A stretch of DNA of 53,619 nucleotides, the filler included, from Catajapyx aquilonaris (lineage: Eukaryota), in NCBI GenBank assembly GCA_000934665.2. It is 2 parts of 2 records of this genome, joined end to end, with 100 filler letters (N's around TTAATTAATTAA, not from the genome) between each part and the next. Parts side by side here need not be neighbours in the genome. Positions count along the whole stretch, not along the records: positions 26,879 to 53,619 come from KZ539297.1; 1 more part is not named here. One strand, 5' to 3'. The stretch's first letter is position 1. Each line of letters starts with the position of its first letter. Shown here piece by piece: positions 37,557 through 50,670 of the stretch. A model generated the notes under the pieces. The model ran no database searches. It saw only the letters and a list, made by a program, of their open reading frames with translations, and was not told where the DNA came from. Made by a program: the position numbers and the translations under genes.

Positions 37557-40500
37557 CACCTTATTATTGGTTTTTTGATTTGGGGTTGCGGCCTTATGTT
37601 TTGGCCTTAATATTGGTCTCTAAGCATCCCCCCCCCCCCCCNNNNNNNNNNNNNNNNNNNNNNNNNNNNNNNNNNNNNNNNNNNNNNNNNNNNNNNNNNN
37701 NNNNNNNNNNNNNNNNNNNNNNNNNNNNNNNNNNNNNNNNNNNNNNNNNNNNNNNNNNNNNNNNNNCCCCCCCCCCCCCCCCCCCCCGGGCATCGAGCCT
37801 ATTTTGGGAATCCCCTCCTCAATAACCTTGACCACCCATCGACCACGAAGCCATGTGTTCCGTGGTCAGCCTGTGGAGGAACTGGTCTCTGATTGGCCAC
37901 TGGCCGAGTGGGCAGGGCCTTCTTCCAAGGAGGGGGGGCCTCAATCGCCGTGGGGGAGATGGTTGGGGGGTCGGAGACTGTACCCTGATGACGACAGAAG
38001 GGAATATTCCCTCCCGTGTAAATTAGCCTTCATTCGCCCGCGCCCGTCTGGGGAGTCGCCAGTTCCGCGGAGAGGATGAGGAACCCAGCTATACGGCAGG
38101 GATAGGGGACTCGGAGGCTCGTATCAGTTATTAGCTCCTGATATTATTTGGCTCACCAACCTGATGTACTGTGTCAACTGCTTCTCCCGACTCCTTGTGC
38201 AAGGACCTGCATGAACCTGCAAAGCCTTTATAGTCAGTGCATCTAGTCTCTGAGTTGACTGCTCAGTGAGCTTAGTGAGGTGATAGTTGCTATATTGCAT
38301 TGCCACATTGAATTTCCGTATTTAATTGTCGCATTTTAATTGGCATGATATGATGGCATAGTGTGGTCTTGATCATGTTCATTCGTTTTGGATGCAGTTA
38401 GATATGGAGCAAGTTCCGTTACGGACGTACCAGCTGACGTCCGTAACGCACATTAGTCCATTAATGGACATTAATTTCCGGAAATTGTGTCATCATATCA
38501 TTTCCCTTGATGACCCAAAATTAGATGCGAAGAATGGTGGCGATCGACAACTTACCCTCCATGTGACAGGAACTTTGTCGTGTTCTCGTTACGGACGTTA
38601 CCCGTTCTAGGGAGGGGTGACTGATTATGGGTCCGTGTAACTCCGGAAAGATTCAATCTAGTTTTTCCGCATATACATTTGCACTGTGATAATCGTAGGT
38701 AACTATTCTGCGCGGATACATTTCAGCAAGTCACATGTGCAAATTGCGACGGCCGTTTCTCTGTGTGCTTCCTCAGTGAGCTTGTGCACCCATGCAAAAT
38801 GAGTCACATATGGTACGTTGTCTCAGGAAGGACTTGCCACCTCTGGCAAGTGTGTTCTCGCATTACTCAAAAAAGTGTGGTTGGCCTAAAAATGGCGACG
38901 TCCCTTAATTCCAAGCCTGCTTGACTTGCTTGGCGTCCCCTCCCCACCACCCACCCACCGGCCACCGTCTCATTAAGTCTCCTCCCACCAGCCAAGCCGG
39001 TTCGAGCTGCACCTCTGTGCCCGCTGCTCTGCCCTGGGCCAACGCTGACCCCCGCTTCTTCAGGCAGAGGTGAGTCTGGGTGGGGCCAAGCACCGAGCGA
39101 TCTGCGGGGAAACTAGTGAAGGGAAGGGAGGAAGGAAGGCAACACCACCCACCTCAGGTTCGGGTTCATTTTTGTGGCTTTTTTTACTCCCATGGTTGGA
39201 ACAGTGGGGTGGCTGCTTCGTTCATGGGAGTTCTGCAGACCTAGCTGCACCTAGTAGGTGGGGCATTGGCACTGGTGAATGCTCTTTAGCACTAGTTGCG
39301 TACTGGGTGAAGCAAGACCAGACGGATAGGTTAATGCGGAAGGTTCCGTTCCTTGCCACAGGCACAGCGCTGGACATTAATTCCGTCGTACTGCTGGAGA
39401 CACATTCCGAGGCAGCTTTTTGTTGTTGTTGTTGCAATTACAAGGAATTGCGGACTCTGGCATGTCCTCTTTGGCCTATGGGGTGAAAAAAATTTGCGGA
39501 GAACCAGGCTCAAACATTATAAGGCAATTTTTAGTCAATTAAATTCGAAAAGGTGACATGACAGCAAAAAATTTTGAGTCGCTTATTGAAAAGTCAGAAT
39601 TTCAAGGAAACATTTTTGCAGAAAGGTACAAAGTTTGCAAGTCAGTTTTCTTGGCCCCCACAAATAGCTGGGCACTGGTTATGTTCTCATGCCAAATTTC
39701 AACCTGACACTTGCCCTCATTTTATGCCAAAAGTTTTCAAAAGTCGACATTCATGAAAATGGTAGGTTTAAAGCAAAATAATGACCAGGTGAGATTTGAA
39801 ATTAAAGTGCTTTCGAGTACTGTGTGATAGTATTCAATACAGGATTTTGCAAGCGGGAAAGCATTCATTGGGAGCCTTCTTTGTTCCACATATTTTTTTG
39901 ATGTCAAATTTTTAAGAATAAGTCTGGATTTAGTTAAGTCTGAAACTTGGTGAACTTGTGAATGACAAATTCAAGTGTGAAACTCCAAATTTTGGTGCAT
40001 ATTACTATCGTATGCTAATGTGACAGTCGAAGATTTTAAATTTTTACCAGGTCCCCAACAATTGGCATTAGCTTAGAAAATGCAATTATTGAACAAATTT
40101 GGATTTTAAAAAACGTCCAGGAAAATAAGATGAGAGCCTCAGGGTTGAAATTAGTTGCGAGCACAATTAGTTTCTAGCGATTTGCTTAAAAAAATATCGC
40201 ACTTTCTGCTTGCACAAACCTAGCCAGTAAAGTGTCATTAGGAATGCCAGTATGTTCGCTGCAGCTGAAATGGCACATGATAACAGGTTCCAAACTCGTT
40301 TCATTTGCTGTGCATCATTTTTAGAACATTTTGTTTTGACATGTGCAGCATTTAATTTTGGGTATGTTTCCAGGATCATGTCACCTGTGAAGTTTCTCCA
40401 AGACCACATTTTGCTCTTCAAGAATCACCTGGGCCTACTGACACTGCAGCAGGCACACACCATTGCTGTAGCATACATATTGTGTTGTTCTAAATCTTGC

Positions 40501-40802
40501 AGAGTTTGTTGTATTATGACTTTCCTGTGCCCGTTATGCAAAAGGGGAAATAATTCGAGTCCGTGCCAAGAATTATTATTTTTTCTTGCTAGAAGTATCA
40601 TAATTCTTCCAGGCTTGATTTTCACATTTGATGCTACAATCATAAATTTTAGTAAGTTATTGAAAATAATATTGGCTAGTATGAGTAGTTGGGCGTGTAT
40701 CATTTTTACCGTCAGAAAATCCTGTATCATGACTATATTATTGGGCCCATTCATGGCATCTCGAAATCAGTGTCAACTTTCATTAATTCGCATAGTCTTG
40801 TA

Positions 40803-41488
40803 CGAGGGTCAGTTGGGAAGTAAGTTTCATGATGCTACAGCCATGCGACGGACTGGATAAAGGCGAGCATGGGCAGAGACGTTGATCCTTCCTGGACTCG
40901 ATAGGGCAGGTAGGTGCCTTCTTGCCCCTTATGCGCAGGCGCGGGAGCCGTTGGTTGAAAGCGGGTGGCGAGCTGAGCGTGCCCAACCATATGTCGCCAG
41001 GAGAAGTCATGGCAGAGAGACTGTGTTGGTCACACAGACTCAGGCAGAAATCAGGACACTTGCGTGCAGTGTCGGTAATTGCGCTGGGCGGTAATCCAGG
41101 TCTCTGGTTGTCCGTCACGCTCGCGAGCTTATTCCGAAATTGCTGGCACCACATTGCTGAACCATTTCATCCGACATGACATCTCCAAACCATACACCTC
41201 CACTATCCGGTGATGAATGTCGTATGTGAAATGTTGACCACTGATAGCGAAAATCTGCCCACACCTTTGTCTTAGTCCATGTGACCAACACTCTATTTCT
41301 GGTATGACTTCTCCTGGAGGTATATGGGTGGGCACGATCTTCTTGCCACTGGGTCTCGTGCATAAGGTGCCCATCCTATACATTAGAGGAAGGCTCAATG
41401 TATCTACCCAGGCTCGGTTTTTACCTGGTCCGTTGCGTGGCATCGAAACTGTGTACCATCGCGAAACTTACTTTCCGACTGACCCTCG
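40803..41488 (-). mobile_element. Internally deleted mariner element (686 bp)
   Basis: TA-CGAGGGTCAGTTGGGAAGTAAGTTTC / GAAACTTACTTTCCGACTGACCCTCG-TA. Residual HTH sequence IHHRIVEVYG...WCQQFRNK...DNQRPGLP. Confidence 0.9.
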
Positions 41489-41717
41489 TATATAGTACAG
41501 AAAATTTTAAATTTTTTTTTTTAAAAAAGGTAATTTGTATTCAAAATGCTAGTCATTTTCCGACTGTGATAAACCCAGGGTGTGCGCCCCCCACAGGAAA
41601 TTCGATATTTTGCATGACTCCCACATGATGCGCATCTATGGTGCTGCTTATTGTACATTTTATTCCAAGTCTGAAATACAATACTTGCTGTCATTTGTGG
41701 CCAAGAGATGTAACTTA

Positions 41718-42427
41718 CAAGGGAATGGTCAAGGTCAGACCCCTCCGATTTCGTTGAAACGTGTTTGAGGGGTCATTCATGTCCGATAGGCACAGTGGTG
41801 AAAGTTTCAGCTGACAATGTCCATCCGTTTCCGAGATATGAGCGTCAGAAACATCCGAATTTTGCCACGTGCATAGAGGTCCGGCGAGAAGGGACGACTG
41901 CAAGTATGAAGAGCTGATGGTAGTCAAGTGGATAGAGCGTTGGACTAGTGATTTTGCCGGAAGTAGCTCTGCCAGCTCCAGAAGAGGTTCCCATTAAGCA
42001 ATTTTAGGTACAGAAGCTCTTCATTCGCAGTTGACAGAGGCGAAAGAAAGCAGCTTGATGGTCTCATAATACATACCGGATCAAAGAAACAACGGAAAAC
42101 GAAAATGTTTGTGGGTGATGGTGTATGACTGTATGGGATTGAAAATGGGGGTAATGGGGGGAATGAAGGTGGAAGGGATTTGGAGCTGTCAGAAGGGCTC
42201 CCGGCAGAATCACAAGTCCAACGTTCTATCCACTTGACTACCATCAGCTCTTCCTTGCACACGTCCCTTCTCACCCTACCTCTATGCGCGGGGCCAAAAT
42301 TCGGATGTTTCTGTCGCTCATATCTCGGAAACTGCTAACAGTTTCACCACTGTGTCGATCGCACATGAATGACCCCTCAAGCAAGTTTAAACCAAATTGG
42401 AGGGGTCCGACCTTGACCGTTCCCTTG
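41718..42427. mobile_element. MITE with ~230-bp TIRs and TTA TSD
   Basis: TTA-CAAGGGAATGGTCAAGGTC...GACCTTGACCGTTCCCTTG-TTA. A TWA target suggests PIF/Harbinger or Zator, not resolved. Confidence 0.85.
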
Positions 42428-44699
42428 TTATTGAGAAGGTAGATGTCTTCTGGTGAAGTCTCCATGTGCTGTGTTCAGGTTGGTCAGGTCAAACAACTCG
42501 TCTAAATTGAGTTGCATGACAAGCACATTTCCTGTCAGTCACATAGCACATTACCAAAACCTAACTGCAATCACACTCAAAGTTGCTGCACAGCAAAAAA
42601 TTAAGGTGGATATGAAGCTAAGGTTCAGAATTTGACATCGTTTTGAAATTCACAGGGTTTATAGAGTAAGAAGTCCTCTTCCCAATGGTGGAAAAAAAAT
42701 CACCCCTAACCGGGCAAATAAGCTCGCAAAATGGCTTAGAATGTGCCGACTGTCCATAAGCTCCAATGTTAAATTAAAACTTTATTTTAAACCATCTTCA
42801 CAATTTAACAGTTTGAAAGTAATATAATTATGTGAAATGTGAAGAATAATATAGTAATTACAAAGAACGCAAGAAAAACATATCAAACCGAATGATTTAA
42901 ATTGTTATCGTCGAAAAAAGAAAAAGGGTGCGACGCTACCCTGAGGCACGGGAGAAGTGGCAACATGGCAGTCATCCTACGAAATGGCGCGCATTGTCCG
43001 AATTTGAAATATGTGATCACACCAAGGTTCTTAGATAAAACTACACTGTAATAAATAAAATAAAAATTATAATTAGATGTTAAAACTAAACTCATGTTAT
43101 CTAAGGACCCTGTCACAACTTTTCATGATCGCTCGATGCCTGAGAGATTTACAGTGTGAATATACATTCAGGTTTACTGTGTATGTGGTACCTCACCTGT
43201 TCTGACTGTGTCATCTGCCCTCGGAGACACTCCTACCCCCACAACCTCCACAGGAGCACGACAAGGGCGTCGCTAAGAGCACAAATGTATATTTCAACCT
43301 AGCCAGAAAATGTCGAGCACCGTGCACTTGGAACGTGCCATCTTGGGGCGAGAGCGGCGTTGCCACTTTTATTGTCAACAGGTCTACCAACTTACCGAAA
43401 ATTAAAGCCTATACTTATCCACCTCCCCTTCCGAAGATAATGTGTATTATGTAATGGATGTAACACGACATTGTAGAGCCTCGTAACTGTCACCCACTAC
43501 CGTTGCCTTTGATCCTAAATATGCTGCCTATGGCAAACTAAAAATTCAGGTGTGTACATTCCAGTAGGTTGGCAATGTGTTGCAAGTGAATTAGGTTTTG
43601 CCCTGTAACAAATCGAGTTTACGGTGGATTTTAAAATGGAATGCATATTATTCCTCAGCATCCACTACTGCATTAGATGCATATGTTTTCCTGAATTTAA
43701 CTGCGCTAATTAACGTTTTTGTTCTAGACACTGAATTGACTAGGGAGGTAGCTTCATATCCACCTTAAGTGGTGCATATTTAAAAATTATATCAGACGTG
43801 GAATCAACCTCTCTTGCAGACATGTTGGGGGGGAATACTGTCCCCCATGTGTGTTCCAAGTTGAAGACATTTTTTGTTGATTAATTTACATGAGTGATGC
43901 GCATAACATGCCACACATTGCTAGTCCTTCTTCTCATACTTAACCCATTTCTTTACAGGCATACACACATGAAGTTTGTGATGCAACACCGCCTTTATGT
44001 TGGAAAGGAATGCCAGTCCGACCGCCCTCCTGATGTGTCTCCATCTTACTCTGCGCATCACTAGTCTCGACTGTGCAATACTCCCAACAAGTGGTTACTG
44101 TCTTGTTGCTCTCCAGTGATACCATTACCCTATTGGGGCTGTTTGGCGCTTGTTTTAATGTCAGCACCATGAGAGCCAGATGAGACCGTGGCCCACTTCT
44201 TGCCCAAGACATACCGTGTGCGACCCATGATGGCCAGGTGCAGCTCTGATCCGAAGTTCTGGTCCAAGTTGTCATCCATCAAGACTGTGCCCAAACGGGG
44301 ACATATCCAGCATCAAGTGATGTCACAGGAACGTGAACCCAAAAAGATCTACTGGAGGATGAGTGGATGAACTTGGGAAGGGCAACATAAGGATAAGAGG
44401 CCTTTTGACACTGGGGTGGGATGTGGGCTTCAATCCCCTAACCATCAAGAGATCCCTTGCGGGGTACTGGAGGGGACAACGTTCTGATTAAGGCTTCATC
44501 AACCAACAACAACTGTGGCCCTCTTCTTCCCTGAGACTTACCATTGTGGTGAGCCGGTAGGCAAGCCCTGCCCTGCCGACATCATCTCACCAGCAAACTT
44601 CCCCTGAATCTCATCGGCAGCCTAATCATTCCTTTCCCCGGCTCCTTTCCGGCGTAAAAAACCTCAAGGCCAGATTCATGCCACTCTCGCCTGATCTCG

Positions 44700-44930
44700 A
44701 CAAAGTCCGCGCCTTGCCCATAAAAAGCAGCCCCCAAGCATGGGAAATGTGAAAGATGGGAAGTTATAACAGCAAACCCTCCCTAGCATGCAGATAAACT
44801 CAAGGAAATCCAGTTAACTCGCGTTTATTCTCGCCAAAGGGCCACACGCTCCCTTGGGTCACAAAGCAAGACTCTCTTTCTCCCTGGCTGGCTCTCCTCT
44901 CCCCTCGCCAGCCAGTGGAGCCAATCCCCC
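44700..44930 (-). mobile_element. Possible decayed LTR 3' part with degenerate PBS
   Basis: Minus strand AATAAA...TTTCACA, then TGGGGGCT (tRNA-Pro-like PBS start). Weak. Confidence 0.3.
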
Positions 44931-44959
44931 TACCTAACAATCCCCCACCCTAACAAAGT

Positions 44960-45154
44960 GCGAAAGACACTTCCCGTGCTGAATGCTTTTTTCTCCCACT
45001 TGAACAAGTTACTTCTGCTCAGTGGTGCCTTACCAAAACGAGCCCTGAAATCCTGCATGATGTGCGTCATGTTCTTTTCCATATGAGGCCCCCCGTGGAC
45101 CCACACAGTAGCCACAAGTCTCTCCTCCACAGTGAACCCGCTCGTATCCGCCAT
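44960..45154 (-). pseudogene. N-terminal HTH (DUF4817-like) remnant of a Tc1/mariner transposase
   Basis: FTVEERL...QDFRARFGKAPLSRSNLFKWEKKAFSTGSV. Confidence 0.75.
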
Positions 45155-46883
45155 CTTGCACTGTTAACAGTGTTAACTTACTGTGGGTGTTGTTGGGGGT
45201 CGTCAGATGTCTCCCCTCATCAAACAGTTCCGTCAGTGTCCAGACTATGTCACACCAGCATTCCCGACACATTTTCCATGTACAGATTTGTTTTGCAGGC
45301 AAGAAAAGCCAGGTGTCCTGGGACTTTTCGCCCACCCAGTATTTCCCTCTTGGTTATCTAGTGCAATGGCAATTCTGCCAAGAGGTGCCACAATTTCTAC
45401 CATGAGCTCGCCTTGCTGAACTTGAGTTTGTGTGACTGTTTCTAATAATGTGATGAGGCTAGTTTGTTGTATCATGACCTGGTGAACTGTGTCTTGACGC
45501 CTTCTGTCATTGGGTTTGGGAAATATTTATCGCAAGTGGATTTTTTCAGAAATTGATACACTTGGCTGTACCACATTTAACGGTGTTATTTATTAATAAA
45601 TTAAAATGTGATAGTATTGTTTATCTAGAACTCAGTCCAATGTGCTATGATAAAAAAATTTCATAGCAATTAAAGTAAAATGGCTTTAAATATTCCTTAA
45701 TTCAAAAATGCGCAGAAAATGGCATATCTGCAAGCCATGATAAATATTTTTTAATTTTGTGCTAGATTTTTTGTAATTAATGTCATAACTGTTTTTGGGT
45801 TTGTGCGGCCCCTCAGGTTCATTATCAACATTTACATCCCGCTAAGTAAGAAATTAACATAGTGGCAGCAATTTTTACCAGACCCCACAGAAATTCACTG
45901 TCCAAGGTATAATCGTATTTATTTCAGTTGTTAACTGTCAAATGAACTTCAAATTTGGTATCCTCCTAGCTCAATTGTTACTATTCATAATTATCCATTC
46001 TAAAGTCCAGATAATCTTAATGGAAACTTTTTATCACATCCTGTGTATAACCCCACCACTCCATTTTTTGGGGGTGTCCCAATATTTTCAGATCAGGGCA
46101 AGTATTTGGCACCTGGGTCAAACATCGCACTTTCTTAACATGCAATACTGTGCTACCATGTCACGAGGTGTTTGGAAGTCTTGAAGGACCCGGTCTGGAG
46201 TCCCAATGGCATGTATTTTGGGCAAGGCTGTTTTACTACGAATGCAAGGTGGCTAAAAATAAGCTTTTTTGTTTGTTTGTTTGAGTAGGAAGAAGCCAAA
46301 ACAATAAGTTCAATTGGGTTAGAAGATACAAAGGTGGGACAGGAAGCGAAGAGCTGAGCTGAAATAATTCCACAATTGCTGACTATTTTGGTACATAATG
46401 TCATACATCCGCAATTTTACATGCATTTCTGATATATGAACACGAATTCAGTTGTGTCGAGTTGAAAATGTCTTCTATGTGGAATCAGAATTTTCTTACA
46501 TTTATTATCCTGTATAAATAATACCCTCACTCATAATTAATGCATGCCCAAGCTGTATGAACAATGTCAAGTGGAATTGGTGACGGGCTGAGAAAAGAAC
46601 GGCGGATGTATTGTTGAGCATGTATTGTTGAACTGTTGTTGAATGTCTCGTTCTGATTGTTCTTTGCAGTACGTTGAGAAGTATCAATTGTATGTCTTTG
46701 TAGGTGGTGAGTAGAACACATTAACCCTGTAATGCCGCGATGTTGCCTGGAGTAATTTCAGCTTCAGTAAGAAAGTGACAGCGTGTTATACATATTCCTC
46801 GATTCACTCCCTCCTGTATGATATAAAAATATTGCCTGGATAATAATGACAATATCTAGTCCCCTATAAAAACTTGTCGCTAG

Positions 46884-47298
46884 TTATTCCTTAGCGATTA
46901 ATTCTTGAAAGCCACAAACATCGACGTTCTGATGATAATGCCCAACAAGCATCCTCCACTTCCTGAAGGCCTCGACAAGGCTCTCCCAGTCGTTGGATTG
47001 GATCCAGGCAGGCGGTTCTGATGCTGGAAGAGGAAGCGGATGTAGAGGCTGGCCAGCCTGAGGATCTCCACCCTGCCCAGCTAAGGGTCGGAATTGTCTT
47101 CCGTAGCCTGTCGAAGGCGATGTTCATGCTCTGTCGCTCGCAGGCGTTGGCCCTCTCCCTCCTCATCTTCCAGTGCACGGACTTGGCGGGCGATATACAG
47201 TCATTGGTGTCTCCTCCGCTGCTGGTGCTCTCCAATGCGAGTCCAGAAATGGGTACCATGGGATGGTGGGAGTTGTTGATGACAGTTGGGCGCACCAA
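46884..47298 (-). pseudogene. Intronless, frameshifted Twist-like bHLH gene copy with WR motif
   Basis: RRERANACERQ---SMNIAFDRLRKTIPTL / LGRVEILRLASLYIRFLFQHQ / DWESLVEAFRKWRM across two frameshifts. Confidence 0.75.
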
Positions 47299-47444
47299 AT
47301 TGTCGACAGAAGCTGGAGTGTCCTATGCGTCGCATATGATTTTTCGGGTATGCCGGACACAATTGCTTCCTCCCATACCTTGGTCGTTTGCTGCACTACA
47401 AATCCATCTTGTTCATTGCTTTCTTCGTAGTATTTCTTGGCCTA

Positions 47445-47800
47445 TGGTTTTTGGGATACCGGGTCTATTGGTAATGTTTCCAGGGATAAAGTACGTACTA
47501 GTATCATCACGATCCTTGATTCTAAAATTTGCATCAGTTCGTAATGATTTTCCTATTTCGGAGAAGCACATCCTCCCATTTTTGTAAATGCCTTTCGTAA
47601 TGCCACATGCATGGTACCCTGAAGGTGTTGATGTAGTTCTTGCATGCCATAGTAATTCATTGGTTAATGTAGAAAAATTTCTGCGCACATGCAGTCGCAC
47701 CCACACACCATTGCACACACCCAGATATACGCATACGCACACTCGTGTATGCGTTCGTTCCTATTTACATAATTCACTCAACATGACGATGAAACATTTC
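47445..47800 (-). pseudogene. CACTA/EnSpm-type transposase fragment
   Basis: GYHACGITKGIYKNGRMCFSEIGKSLRTDANFR...LETLPIDPV pattern. Confidence 0.65.
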
Positions 47801-47959
47801 ATGGTTCCGAGCATGGTGTGGGGGATGATCACTAACATTCACATTTAATATTTCACATCGAGGAAAGTACAATTCACGTTGAAAAGCATTGATGATTATA
47901 TTCCTTCTTCTTGACCATAATCATCACTCTCCCCCCTCCTCATCTGTTTCGACTCCGAA

Positions 47960-48723
47960 AGAAAGGAGACTTGGGACATTTTCTCCAATGGTCTTTTGGA
48001 AACACCTCTCAGTGCGGTAATGACCGGATCTGAATTCAGCGACAGATGATGCAGGAGGTTGCTGTCTGTTCTAGAGCGCTTTCGCGAATGATTCTAAAGC
48101 TTCCCCTGATAGTTAACCTGAAATATTTCATTATCATGTTATCAAAGTCAGTGTTAGAAACCTATTGCTTGTGTTTAAAGTAGGCCTAAACTTACCGATA
48201 GGAAGCATGGCTCCTTTGATCACAGTTGGACCATGAATAAGTATCTTGTGTACCGTAGGTGGCATATAGTACCATCGGTAAAGTTTTATGTAGAGCTCTG
48301 TTGTTGTTGAACAGTATTGTTCGAAAAAAAATCGATCTTGATTTCCCGCTCACTTGACAGAACGGATGTTATGCAGGCAGTTCTTCGTTAACTCCTCAAA
48401 TTCAGGGTAACATTCAGTTGAAAATATCTGCGAATATTAAGGAACTCTTTACCAGTATTTCGACTGAAACAGACTGATTCTCACAGAACTGTCTAGTGGT
48501 GTTTCCGTCATTTGACGTTCCAACACTTTTTCTTCCCCTTTCAATGTCCGATGGGTCGTCGTCTTCGGGACTCAAACGCCTGGCCGTAATCAGAAACTGG
48601 TCCGACGTTTTTGGTTTTTGGAAGCACCCTCGAAGTTAAGTCGGCATTTCCGGGCCCGGTGTAAGTTTGGACCTGGAACTTTTTCGTATGGAAACCTGAG
48701 ATTCCAGAGAAACAAGATGACAT
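47960..48723 (-). pseudogene. Transib (RAG1-related) transposase remnant retaining small introns
   Basis: GTSNDGNTTRQF; LYRWYYMPPTVHKILIHGPTVIKGAMLPIG then GTAAGT..TTTCAG; LSGEALE; SDPVITALR. Confidence 0.85.
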
Positions 48724-49139
48724 TTTCTAAAGCCCTCTTATCGAATAATAATTATGTCTACCAGTGTTCTCGCCATCCTGCATGTGTTTGTGCACATTCC
48801 TCTGGAAGTCTCCTGACGTGTTCAGCGAAAGAACAGCGGAGGCACATTGAAGGATGTACCCCCAGTGAACAGCGAAATTGAACCTCTTTCCGCCCAGAAA
48901 TTTCGCCGTAACTGGCCATTTTCAGCTGGACAGGCTTATTTATAGCAAATGCAACATGCAGCTACAGGCTACAGATATACCCTCTCAATTTCATTCACAA
49001 TGTGGCCGGCAGATCGGGCACGTGTGGTGTCGTGGCATATCCCACTCGTCCACCATGTTAAGCAAGGTCTCACACATGCATGCACGGCATATACATAAAC
49101 ATTCTTGTTACCACCATGCAGAAGACGCAGGCTAGAATC

Positions 49140-49400
49140 CCGTGGCCTCCCACGGCGCATTCCGCCGTCTTCATCCATGTCCTTGGCGTTTGCGTCGGGC
49201 TCGATGGCGGTGTATGGAGTGACATAATTATGCGGTTTTAGCAAGGAACTGCTGAATTGTGTACTCATTGGTCGCCAGCTTATTTCAGCAACTACAATAT
49301 GTCTGTCTTGAAGAACATATTTGTGTTTCTTAGGCCGTGCAATTGGAAGCTCTCGGTGAGAGCGTCTTAGGTCTTGAATGGCTGCCAACTCAGTCACTCA
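49140..49400 (-). pseudogene. Probable MULE transposase C-terminal remnant
   Basis: PIARPKKHKYVLQDRHI...MRRGRPR. Confidence 0.4.
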
Positions 49401-50454
49401 GAGTTTCTCTGAAATATATTGAAAGCGCCATATAAAGTGTTGAGTGCAAAATTATAGCTCGGAAATAACAATACGGTCTTTTCAGGGTGCCACTTCTGAG
49501 CTGTTCATGTCTCTTACGCTTAGATAAGCACTTCGAACAACTTTTTCTCTGGGTACTAAATGCAGTCCTGGATGCTGCTTTGCCAGTGGGAGTGTAATGA
49601 CAACCTCACCTTTCGTGTGACCACTATTGTGTCTTCTGGTTTGATCGCAGCAATGCTTTCCAAAGGTACGAGTGAAGATATTTCCTTTCATGGTGTAAGC
49701 GCATGTCTGTCACATCATATCTTACCACACGTAATTTAAGGATTTCTTGTTCAGCCTCAGGATAGCTGTCCAATTTTTTCTTAGAGCATATATTTTGGTG
49801 ACTCCTTACGTAATCTGTCTTGAGGCATATGGAGATGAGGCCATTTCAGAGATTCGTAGCATTTACCCGACTTCCGGAATTTCAATTGCATTATTCTAAC
49901 GGTAGTGACTCGACTACTGGCCGATTCTAGAATTGGCCACAGCTGACTCGAGGTGCTTTTTCCAGAGAAGAATACATATTAATCACGACCTCTACCTTGT
50001 CCAGTGCAGAAACTACCTGACAACTGCCATCTGTTAAGGTGTTAACAATAATTTCATTGTGTAAGCCAAAGTGTTTGTAATATCCTGGGTTAATTGCTCA
50101 AATAATTGGCAATGATTTGGCGTATTATAAATGTTAATATCCATACCTTGTAAGAGGAAAGGCCCATCGCCCTAAATGGTCTTCTTGCACACTCAATCAA
50201 GGTTGAGCTAGGAGAGCGAAGAAACTCTTCCCTGAAAATCAATCAGTCGTTGAATAGTGCACTTGTGTCTCACACAGGTTTGTTTGCTACACTCCAGTGA
50301 AGTGCATCAGTGGATGGGAGAGTGTATGGAGGTAGATTACCACCTGTAATGATGTTTGTACAGAGTTACGTAGAAAGGTGCATATTGCTGTTACCCTCCT
50401 TGTTGCTGGCAACACAATTGGACATTCCAGTACAGGCTTCAGATTCAATAGGCT

Positions 50455-50670
50455 TTGATGTTTTTGGCCTCCAGGATGAAGGAATCATCTATGTTATCTC
50501 CCATAGACAATCCCGTCTGGTGTCGCTCAGAGGAAGGGGTATTATGTGTCCACCAAAAGCCAGCACTGACTGACCTGCAATCCAGTATTCCTTTCATACC
50601 GGGCTATTGCCTGTTCCTCGTGGGAATATGATGTGAAGGCAATTGCTCCATAACATTTGTCTCCTCCTGA
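50455..50670 (-). pseudogene. YqaJ/lambda-exonuclease-like PD-(D/E)xK nuclease remnant
   Basis: HEEQAIARYERNTGLQVSQCWLLVDT*YPFL*ATPDGIVYG...FILEAK, with stops. Confidence 0.7.

Noticed and set aside
37076..37825. 249-aa ORF
   Set aside because: Inflated by an N gap and GC-rich low-complexity sequence.
40252..40860. 202-aa plus-strand ORF
   Set aside because: No recognisable domain; it runs across a mariner TIR boundary and is likely a chance or antisense frame.
47021..47587. 188-aa plus-strand ORF
   Set aside because: Antisense shadow of the bHLH and CACTA fragments.
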